Shown: in pieces, positions 7,984 to 15,200 of the stretch
Position numbering within the stretch: the first letter of the stretch is position 1
Layout of the letters: the number at the start of each line of letters is the position of its first letter
DNA from: an uncultured Anaerolinea sp.
GTDB lineage: Bacteria; Chloroflexota; Anaerolineae; Anaerolineales; UBA4823
Assembly (NCBI GenBank): GCA_964416275.1
Contig: CAYQDU010000002.1
Span: forward strand, 1,282 to 65,281
DNA: 64,000 bases
Reading direction: 5' to 3'
The notes under the pieces: model-generated
Databases searched by the model: none
What the model saw: the letters and a program-made list of their open reading frames with translations, nothing else
Told to the model about the DNA's origin: nothing
Made by a program: the position numbers and the translations under genes

Positions 7984-8592
7984 ATGCCATCGAAAACAAC
8001 CCTGGGTGCAAAACTGCGCTATATCCGAGACGAACGCGGCCTTTCTCAGCGCGACCTGGCGCAAAAGGCGGGCATTTCTACCAACTCTGTCAGCCTGATC
8101 GAAAGGGATGAGAACTCTCCCAGTGTGGCCACCCTGCAGGCCCTGGCAAGCGCCCTGGCTGTAAAAATGAGCTACTTCTTTGACGACGAAGAACCGCAGA
8201 GCGTGCTGCATGTAAAACCTGGCAAGCGGCCGGTCATCAGCAACAAAGGCGTACAGATCGAAGGCCTGGGCGGAGAGCTGAGACGCCAGGAATTGGAGCC
8301 GTTCCTGATCACGTTAGCGCCGCGTTCTGGCAGCGGCGACCGGCAGGTGGTCCATACCGGGCATGAATTCGTTTACTGCTTGCAGGGTAGGGTGGAGTAC
8401 ATCATCGACGGCAACGTCCACGAGCTTGAAGAAGGCGATTTTTTACTTTTCGAAGCCCATCTCCCCCACATCTGGCGCAACACGTCCGACCAGGAGGCCC
8501 GCTTTGTACTGGTCTTACAGACTCCCGGTCAATCCTCCGAGCCGGTAGAGCGCCATTTCCGCAGCTATCCTTCTCTGCCTTATATTGGTTGA
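7984..8592 (+). CDS. XRE-family HTH transcriptional regulator with C-terminal cupin domain
   Basis: HTH region: IRDERGLSQRDLAQKAGISTNSVSLIERDENSPSVATLQALASAL. Cupin: HTGHEFVYCLQGRVEYIIDGNVHELEEGDFLLFEAHLPHIWRN. Confidence 0.85.
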   Translation: MPSKTTLGAKLRYIRDERGLSQRDLAQKAGISTNSVSLIERDENSPSVATLQALASALAVKMSYFFDDEEPQSVLHVKPGKRPVISNKGVQIEGLGGELRRQELEPFLITLAPRSGSGDRQVVHTGHEFVYCLQGRVEYIIDGNVHELEEGDFLLFEAHLPHIWRNTSDQEARFVLVLQTPGQSSEPVERHFRSYPSLPYIG

Positions 8593-8666
8593 GGCAAATG
8601 AGGCCCAGATCTTTCAGATATTTCCCCATGCAAAACGGACGGCCGCGCCGCCCGTCTGAAGATCAA

Positions 8667-8722
8667 GGCTCTTCCGGCTTTGCCAAAGTACCGCACCAAA
8701 TCTCGCCTTTGGCGGAAGAGCC
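8667..8722. repeat. minimal copy of the type-1 repeat (arms GGCTCTTCCGGCTTTGCC / GCCTTTGGCGGAAGAGCC without the long inner hairpin)
   Basis: Read directly from the sequence. It is followed (to about 8800) by sequence resembling the M4 tail module (AACCCATGCAGGG). Confidence 0.7.
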
Positions 8723-8816
8723 AGAAGTTCTCTAAGGGGCCGTTAGGCGGCTGCGCCGCGCAACAACCCATGCAGGGAGAGATGCCACGGGCGGGGCCGG
8801 GCAGATAGAGCAAGAG

Positions 8817-9797
8817 ATGCTAAGTTTATACAAGCTCGAGGTGTTCAATACAGTGGCGGCCGAGGGCAGCTTTAGCCGAGCAGCGAAACGCCTGAGGCTG
8901 ACCCAGCCGGCCGTGAGTCAGCACATCCGCGATCTGGAATCAACCTTAGGTCAGGAACTTTTTGAAAGAGGAAATCGCGGCGTTACCCTGACGCCCGCCG
9001 GCGAGCTTCTACTCGACTATACACGCTGCATCCTGCATCTATTGAGCGAGGCGGAAAATGCGCTCACCACATTCAATAGACGTTCCAGCGGATCACTGAC
9101 GATTGGGGCCACCCCAGGGGTGGGCGTTTATCTGCTTCCCGAATGGGTTCAACAGTTTCGAACGCGCTACCCGCAGATCATGGCTGTGATGCGAACGGGG
9201 TCCACTTCTCAGATCGCTGCCGAAGTGCGTGACGGAGGGTTGGATTTTGGTCTGATCGAGGGAGAACTGTCTCCCGACCCACCGTTACAGGTTTTGCCTT
9301 TTCGAAACATCGAGCTGCGCCTGATCGTGCGTGAAGGACATCCGTTGTCACGCTCCCCCTCGGTGGCTATTACCGACCTGGATAGGCAGGCATTTATTGC
9401 TCGCCCCGCCGGCAGCCATACCCGCCAGTGGACCGACCAGCTTTTCGCGCAAAACGGGGTTATGCCTGAAGTAGTTGCCGAATTCGATAACCCTGAAGCG
9501 ATCCTCCAGGCGGTGGCAGCCGGGTTGGGTATCAGCCTGCTGCCAGACTGGGCTTTACCAACCGGGTCGAGCGGCAGATTACGGGCAATCCCAGTTGTAG
9601 GGGCCAGCTTGCAGCGTACCCTCAAGCTGCTCTGGAGCGACATTGTACCGTTTAAGCCCGCCGCGCAGGCCTTTTTATCTCACCTGATAGACCTTTATCC
9701 GGTATTGAGCCAGGGGTTAAGCCTGACCAGGCGTGATCTGCTGGAGTTTTCGCAGCGCAGCGACTATCGAGCAAGCCGGAGCTGTTTACCCGAATGA
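8817..9797 (+). CDS. LysR-family transcriptional regulator
   Basis: N-terminal HTH: LEVFNTVAAEGSFSRAAKRLRLTQPAVSQHIRDLESTLGQELFER. The remainder is a LysR substrate-binding domain of typical length. Confidence 0.9.
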   Translation: MLSLYKLEVFNTVAAEGSFSRAAKRLRLTQPAVSQHIRDLESTLGQELFERGNRGVTLTPAGELLLDYTRCILHLLSEAENALTTFNRRSSGSLTIGATPGVGVYLLPEWVQQFRTRYPQIMAVMRTGSTSQIAAEVRDGGLDFGLIEGELSPDPPLQVLPFRNIELRLIVREGHPLSRSPSVAITDLDRQAFIARPAGSHTRQWTDQLFAQNGVMPEVVAEFDNPEAILQAVAAGLGISLLPDWALPTGSSGRLRAIPVVGASLQRTLKLLWSDIVPFKPAAQAFLSHLIDLYPVLSQGLSLTRRDLLEFSQRSDYRASRSCLPE

Positions 9798-9884
9798 TGG
9801 GAGTGCGCCGGCGGAATTCAGCGCCAGGCTGCGCAGGGCGTGGGCCGCTATAGAGCAAGGAAGCGCCGAAGAAAGGCGGAAGAT

Positions 9885-11105
9885 ATGATAAGTTCCGATT
9901 TTATCACCACCTATATTGGAACCTATACCCGGCGCGAGTCATTTGTAGACGGCAAGGCCGAAGGCATTTACATCTATCGCCTGGATCTTCGCTCCGGCGG
10001 ACTGACCCACACCGCCACTGTAACCGGCGAAGGCGCGGTTAATCCGTCATATCTGGCGTTCGGGCCCAGCAAGCGCTATCTCTATGCAGTCAACGAGATC
10101 ACCCGAGGCGCAGGCCCGCATGGGACTGTCAGCGCCTTTGCCGTCGATCCGGTGACCGGCGGGTTGCGTTACCTGAACCAGCAGTCCACGGTTGGGCTAT
10201 CACCGTGCTATGTGAGCGTCGAGCCGGAAGGCCGCTACTGCCTGGCGGCGAACTATGAGAGCGGCAGCGTCAGCGTTTTGCCGATCCGCGAAGACGGGTC
10301 CTTGGGAGAGACAACTGATACGATTCAGTTTTCCGGTTCCGGACCTAATGTCGAGCGACAGGAAGGCCCGCATGCCCACATGATTGCGCCTGCCCCTTAT
10401 GACCGTCTCATTCTGACTATCGACCTGGGCGCAGACCGGCTGATGGCGTTCTATCTCGATCTGGAACGGGGCAGGCTAAGCCCGGCTGCTTCTGCGTGGA
10501 CGCAGTTTCCTCCCGGCGCCGGCCCGCGCCACCTCGCCTTTCACCCCCGCCAGCCATTCGTCTACGTCATCAATGAACTTCAATCCACGGTCACCGTTTT
10601 CCAATATCTGGGGATCTCCCGGCTTCGCCGGGAAAAAAGTACAATTTGGGGATCAGCGCGCAACGCAGCCGCGCAAAGACCTCCAAACACAGAAGAAATC
10701 CCACCTGCAACCGAAGAGCCATATCAGGAAGGGCAGAGCCTGTTTAAGAGGGTACAGGTCATTTCAACCCTGCCCACCGATTTCACCGGACAAAACCTGG
10801 GCGCAGCAATCCGGGTTGCACCCTCGGGGCGCTTTGTCTACGCATCCAATCGGGGTCACAACAGCCTGGCGATCTATGCCGCCGACCCGGAGACTGGCCG
10901 GCTATCCCTGATTGGACACCAGCCAACGCAGGGCGCTGCGCCGCGCGATTTCAATATCGACCCAACCGGCGCACTGCTGCTGGTTGCCAACCAGGACTCG
11001 GACACGCTGGTCACCTTCTGGATCGATCCCGATTCCGGTACGCTGCGGGCAGCCGGGAGCGTGGCGACGCCAACGCCGGTTTGCATCCAACTGGCTGACG
11101 CATGA
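9885..11105 (+). CDS. lactonase-family 7-bladed beta-propeller protein (6-phosphogluconolactonase YbhE-like) carrying a repeat-derived in-frame insertion
   Basis: YIGTYT... GIYIYRLD start, NPSYLAF, SPCYVSV, GPRHLAFHP, repeated propeller blades, and a C-terminal PRDFNIDPTGALLLVANQDSDTLVTF. Start ATG 9885 is preferred over the track start 9840. Confidence 0.8.
   Translation: MISSDFITTYIGTYTRRESFVDGKAEGIYIYRLDLRSGGLTHTATVTGEGAVNPSYLAFGPSKRYLYAVNEITRGAGPHGTVSAFAVDPVTGGLRYLNQQSTVGLSPCYVSVEPEGRYCLAANYESGSVSVLPIREDGSLGETTDTIQFSGSGPNVERQEGPHAHMIAPAPYDRLILTIDLGADRLMAFYLDLERGRLSPAASAWTQFPPGAGPRHLAFHPRQPFVYVINELQSTVTVFQYLGISRLRREKSTIWGSARNAAAQRPPNTEEIPPATEEPYQEGQSLFKRVQVISTLPTDFTGQNLGAAIRVAPSGRFVYASNRGHNSLAIYAADPETGRLSLIGHQPTQGAAPRDFNIDPTGALLLVANQDSDTLVTFWIDPDSGTLRAAGSVATPTPVCIQLADA
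10611..10720. repeat. degenerate type-1 repeat copy inserted in frame inside the lactonase CDS
   Basis: GGGATCTCCCGGCTTCGCCGGGAAAAAAG...TTTGGGG...CCAAACACAGAAGAAATCCCACCTGCAACCGAAGAGCC. The right flank is nearly identical to intergenic copy 34506-34541 (AAACACAGAAGAATTCCCACCTTGGGCAGGAGAGCC). Confidence 0.75.
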
Positions 11106-11138
11106 AAACGGCGCTGGCGCGATCACTTTTCGCTGGCC

Positions 11139-12443
11139 TCAGGCCGGCTTCTTTTCAGCCACGCCCCTCGAAGACCGCCCACCTTGTTTGATGATATAGA
11201 CCAGCGCCAGGGAAAGCAGCGCCAGCCCCAGGAAAAGGCTGAAGCCCGAAGCATATCCATGCATCCCCTGGCTGCGCACGATGGCGCCCAGCACGGGCGG
11301 GATCACAAACCCGCCGAATGCGCCCAGCCCACCGACCCAGCCAGTGACTCCACCCACCGCATCTGGGGCCGCCTGGGGAGTCAGCTTAAACACCGCCGCG
11401 CTCCCAATCCCCATCCCAAAGGCCAGCAGCAATTCGGCGCTCAGCGCTCCGGGCAAACCAGCAGCAAAGCGCATCAGCCCGGCGCCCGACAGGATGAACA
11501 GCAGGGCGATCGCAATGGTATTCTCACCGCCCAGCCGATCCGACAATCGGCCGCCCACAACCCGCATCAGCGAGGCGGTAATAGAGAACAAGCCTGTCAG
11601 CGCGCCGGCCTGAAGTACACCGAGGCCCTGATAGGCGACCCAATAAGTGGGCAGCCAGGCGGTAAGCGCCACAAACCCGCCAAACGTGGTGAAATAGATC
11701 CCCACCAGCGCCCAGGTCATCCAGCGCCGCGCCGAGCGTGAAAGGCTGACAACCAGGCTGCCAGAAGGGAAAATTTGCTGGCCGGCCTTCCGCGCCGTTT
11801 CAAGAGCCGGGCCGGGAGCCATACCCTGGGCGACCAGCTGGAAGTACGGCGCGTTCAGGCCGAAGCGATAATACAGCCCGGTTCCAACAGCCAGAAGCAG
11901 AAACCAGTCCAGGTAGGAAGCGCCCAGACCAAGCTGCACCAGCGCAACCGGCAGCACAAACGTAAAGACCCCCGGCGCCAGATTGCCCAAACCGGCATAC
12001 ACCCCTAATGCAGCGCCCTGACGCTCTTTTAGATGCCAGTAAGACAGCGTGCTGGCCCCCACCGAAAAGGTAGCAATCCCGCACCCGCTCAGCACCGCCA
12101 GGAACAGCAGCAGCGGATAGAGGCCGGGAGACAGCCGGTCTGGATAACTCCACAGGATTACGGCGGTCAGCCCGCCCATCCCCAACAGAGCCAGCGCCAG
12201 CAGGATCAGGAAAGGCTTGCGTCCGCCGGTGGCGTCCACCCAGGCGGCAAACGGGATGCGCAGCAGCGATCCTGATAACGACGGGGCGGCCACCAGAAAA
12301 GCGGTCATCATGGGAGTCAGCCCCAGGCCGTCTTTAATCCGCGCTACCGTTGGCCCAAACAACGCCACTGCGGCAAAGCCAAAGAAGAAACCAATGGTTG
12401 CGCCTGTCAGAGCGCGAGCAGAATTGCCTCGAATTTCATTCAT
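11139..12443 (-). CDS. narK: MFS nitrate/nitrite transporter (NarK/NasA-like)
   Basis: 434 aa with 12-TM MFS architecture (GFFFGFAAVALFGPT..., WVDATGGRKPF loop motif). It lies 15 nt downstream of narI on the same strand. The symbol is assigned from family resemblance plus context. Confidence 0.75.
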   Translation of the reverse strand: MNEIRGNSARALTGATIGFFFGFAAVALFGPTVARIKDGLGLTPMMTAFLVAAPSLSGSLLRIPFAAWVDATGGRKPFLILLALALLGMGGLTAVILWSYPDRLSPGLYPLLLFLAVLSGCGIATFSVGASTLSYWHLKERQGAALGVYAGLGNLAPGVFTFVLPVALVQLGLGASYLDWFLLLAVGTGLYYRFGLNAPYFQLVAQGMAPGPALETARKAGQQIFPSGSLVVSLSRSARRWMTWALVGIYFTTFGGFVALTAWLPTYWVAYQGLGVLQAGALTGLFSITASLMRVVGGRLSDRLGGENTIAIALLFILSGAGLMRFAAGLPGALSAELLLAFGMGIGSAAVFKLTPQAAPDAVGGVTGWVGGLGAFGGFVIPPVLGAIVRSQGMHGYASGFSLFLGLALLSLALVYIIKQGGRSSRGVAEKKPA

Positions 12444-12458
12444 GTTGGCACCCCAGGT

Positions 12459-13151
12459 CTATGATCGTTCTGGCATCTTCACCCGCCTGGCCCGCACCAC
12501 AATTTGCCAGGGCCGGAACAGGTAGCCGAGCGGGTAGGTGAGGATATGCACCAGCCGGCTGAACGGGAACACGATGAGCAGCGCAAAGAAATTGAAGACG
12601 TGCAGCCGGATCACAAACGGCAGCGGCGCAACCAGGGTGATCTGGGGTTGAAAGGTCAGCAGCGACCACAGGTAAGGGGTGAAAATCGCCGTGAACCAGG
12701 TGGAGCCGAAGCGGTAAACGGATGCCGTCCAGATGCCCGTAATGACCGACACCAGCAGCAGCGCCAGCACCACCCAGTCCATCGCAGAACTCACGACGCG
12801 CACTCGCCGCTCGCCAAACCGCCGCCAGACCAGGATCAGCAGCCCGCCCAGCGCCCAAATCGCCAGCCCCAGGCCCGTCAGCTCCAGCAGATACAACCGC
12901 AGGGGCTGAGCGTTCCAGGCCCGGATGGTGTTAGGGAAGAACAGCGCCGCCAGATGACCCAGCAAAATCAGCACGACGCCCCAATGAAACGAGATTGATC
13001 CCCAGTAAAGCTTCCTGCGCTCTAACAGTTGCGATGATAGGCTGGAGATAGTGAACGGTCGAAAGATCGACCGGTACACCAAGCCGACGATAAAGGCGGC
13101 CAGCGCCAGATATGGGAAGATCAAAAACAGGATTGTGTTCCAATCGATCAT
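12459..13151 (-). CDS. narI: respiratory nitrate reductase gamma subunit (cytochrome b)
   Basis: MIDWNTILFLIFPYLALAAFIVGLVYR..., HWGVVLILLGHLAALFFP and the C-terminal FSRLVHILTYPLGYLFRP are typical NarI. The ATGA overlap with the narJ stop is at 13148-13151. Confidence 0.9.
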   Translation of the reverse strand: MIDWNTILFLIFPYLALAAFIVGLVYRSIFRPFTISSLSSQLLERRKLYWGSISFHWGVVLILLGHLAALFFPNTIRAWNAQPLRLYLLELTGLGLAIWALGGLLILVWRRFGERRVRVVSSAMDWVVLALLLVSVITGIWTASVYRFGSTWFTAIFTPYLWSLLTFQPQITLVAPLPFVIRLHVFNFFALLIVFPFSRLVHILTYPLGYLFRPWQIVVRARRVKMPERS

Positions 13152-13651
13152 ATCTTCTGCCCTTCCAGTGCCTCTATCAATCCCAGGTAAGGGTTGCTGC
13201 TATCTTTCTCACGCAAACGAGCGGCCATTTTTTCAAGCGCCCGGTTGAACACCTGCCCCAGTTCGTCCGGAATGAAGCCGGCGGCGATGCAGCGCAAGAC
13301 CGGCGCCAGGTGATCGGGCAGTTCTCCGCCTGTCTCCACACCAGCCTGGCGGCAGGCTGCCTGCATCTGCGTCAGGAAGTTGCCCCGCCTGTAATCTTCG
13401 CCCCAGATATGGAAACCGATATAGGGCGGGGTAAGGGGGTCCAGGTCCCAGGTGCGGGTGTACAGTTCCTCCCATTCGCCCAGGCTCAGCCGCCCAACCT
13501 GCGCCAGGAAGCCCAGCAATGCGGCTCGCCGGGGATGCGCCGCCAGGCGACCGGCATCCAGGGTGAGCTGTTCGTGCAGGCCCGCAAACGGATAGCGAAA
13601 GGCGTCGGCATAGATGGCATAGGTCGCATCGCTGATGGTTGGGGTGATCAT
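13148..13651 (-). CDS. narJ: nitrate reductase molybdenum cofactor assembly chaperone
   Basis: 167 aa between narH and narI, with typical NarJ/TorD-like size and position (YAIYADAFRYPF..., LPDHLAPVLRCIA). Confidence 0.8.
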   Translation of the reverse strand: MITPTISDATYAIYADAFRYPFAGLHEQLTLDAGRLAAHPRRAALLGFLAQVGRLSLGEWEELYTRTWDLDPLTPPYIGFHIWGEDYRRGNFLTQMQAACRQAGVETGGELPDHLAPVLRCIAAGFIPDELGQVFNRALEKMAARLREKDSSNPYLGLIEALEGQKI

Positions 13652-13654
13652 GGT

Positions 13655-15163
13655 TCACTCCCCACGCCGCGGCGCTTGCAGGTAGCCCAGCCCGGCCTCG
13701 CCCTTGTGGGCCAGCGGGTCGCGCAGCGCTTCCACCGATAGCTCGCGGTGATAAGGGGGCAGCAAAAAGCGCTCGTCGAGGGTGGGCAGCGTGGTCAGGC
13801 GGTAGATGGCCTCTGCCTGGGCGGCGTCCAGCCCGGCCTCGACCAGCATGGCTTGCGTGGCCTCGTCCACATCACCTTCAACGCTCTGGCGCCGCTTATA
13901 GGCGCGCACCGCCAACAGCTTGCGCAGGATTGTGCGAATCGGGGCTTCATCACCGGCGCTGAACAGGTTTGCCAGGTATTTCACCGGCATACGGGCATCG
14001 TCCAGGTGGCGGAACAGCTCAAAGTCGTGAGCGTCATCGGATAGATCCAGTTTATACAGCCCTTCTTCGATTACGCTGACCACCGGTGAGAGCGGCAGGA
14101 TGTAGAACATCATCGCCAGCGTGCGGAATTCGGGATGCAGCGGCAGGGCCAGCCCCCACTGCTTGACGAACTTATAGACGGGCGATTTCTGGGCAGCCTC
14201 GATCCAGCCGGCATCCAGGCCGCTATCATAAGCGGCGGCGATCACCTGCGGGTCGAACGGGTCGAGGATAGCCGCCCGCTGCGCCGCCGCCAGATCGCGA
14301 GCTGGCCCCATAGCCGCTTCAGGCAGCCGGTCGGCGTCGTACAACAGCACGCCCATGTAGCGAATGCGCCCTACGCAGGAATGGGCGCAGGCCGGCGCCT
14401 GGCCGGTTTCCAGGCGTGGGAAGCACAGGATGCACTTCTCAGACTTGCCAGTGGCCCAGTTGTAATACACTTTCTTATAGGGGCAGGCAGCCACGCACAT
14501 GCGCCAGGCGCGGCACTTGTTCTCGTTCACCAGCACCACGCCGTCTTCGCTGCGCTTATAGATCGCCCCGGATGGGCAGGCGGCCACGCAGGCCGGGTTC
14601 AGACAGTGGTTGCAGATGCGCGGCAGATAGTTGAACACCAGCCGTTCCAGCTCGCTCAACTGCTCGCGCACCGTTTCCGGCAGGCCGTCCAGGTTCAGGT
14701 CGTTCTCGGCATACAGCTTCGACCCGCCCAGATCGTCATCCCAATTGGGGCCGCCCTTAATTTCCATCGGCTGCCCGGTAATCATCGAGATGGGGATAGC
14801 GGTGGGCTGGTCATCGCCGGCCGGGGCGTCGAACAGGTCCTTATACCGGAAAGTGAACGGCTCGTAGTAATCGTCCAGCTCCGGCAAGCTGGGGTTGTAG
14901 AAAAGTTTGAGCAGCCCGCCCAGCCTGGAGTGCAGGCGCAGGCGCAGCGCGCCATCCTTCATCTCCCATCCGCCGCGGAAATGCTGCTGATCTTCCCACT
15001 GGGTTGGGTAGCCGGTTCCTGGGCGGGTCTCGACGTTGTTCCACCACATATATTCCGCGCCCTTGCGGTCTGTCCACAGGTTCTTGCAGGCCACCGAGCA
15101 GGTATGGCAGCCGATACACTTATCCAGGTGGAAAAGCATGCTCATGTGCGCGCGTACTTCCAT
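13655..15163 (-). CDS. narH: respiratory nitrate reductase beta subunit (Fe-S)
   Basis: MSMLFHLDKCIGCHTCSVACKNLWTDRKGAEYMWWNNVETRPGTGYP, CNHCLNPACVAACPSGAIYKRSEDGVVLVNENKCRAWRMCVAACPYKKVYYNW. Canonical NarH. Confidence 0.95.
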   Translation of the reverse strand: MEVRAHMSMLFHLDKCIGCHTCSVACKNLWTDRKGAEYMWWNNVETRPGTGYPTQWEDQQHFRGGWEMKDGALRLRLHSRLGGLLKLFYNPSLPELDDYYEPFTFRYKDLFDAPAGDDQPTAIPISMITGQPMEIKGGPNWDDDLGGSKLYAENDLNLDGLPETVREQLSELERLVFNYLPRICNHCLNPACVAACPSGAIYKRSEDGVVLVNENKCRAWRMCVAACPYKKVYYNWATGKSEKCILCFPRLETGQAPACAHSCVGRIRYMGVLLYDADRLPEAAMGPARDLAAAQRAAILDPFDPQVIAAAYDSGLDAGWIEAAQKSPVYKFVKQWGLALPLHPEFRTLAMMFYILPLSPVVSVIEEGLYKLDLSDDAHDFELFRHLDDARMPVKYLANLFSAGDEAPIRTILRKLLAVRAYKRRQSVEGDVDEATQAMLVEAGLDAAQAEAIYRLTTLPTLDERFLLPPYHRELSVEALRDPLAHKGEAGLGYLQAPRRGE

Positions 15164-15200
15164 CGTCTTCTCCTATCGTTTCGATTGACCATCAGGAACA

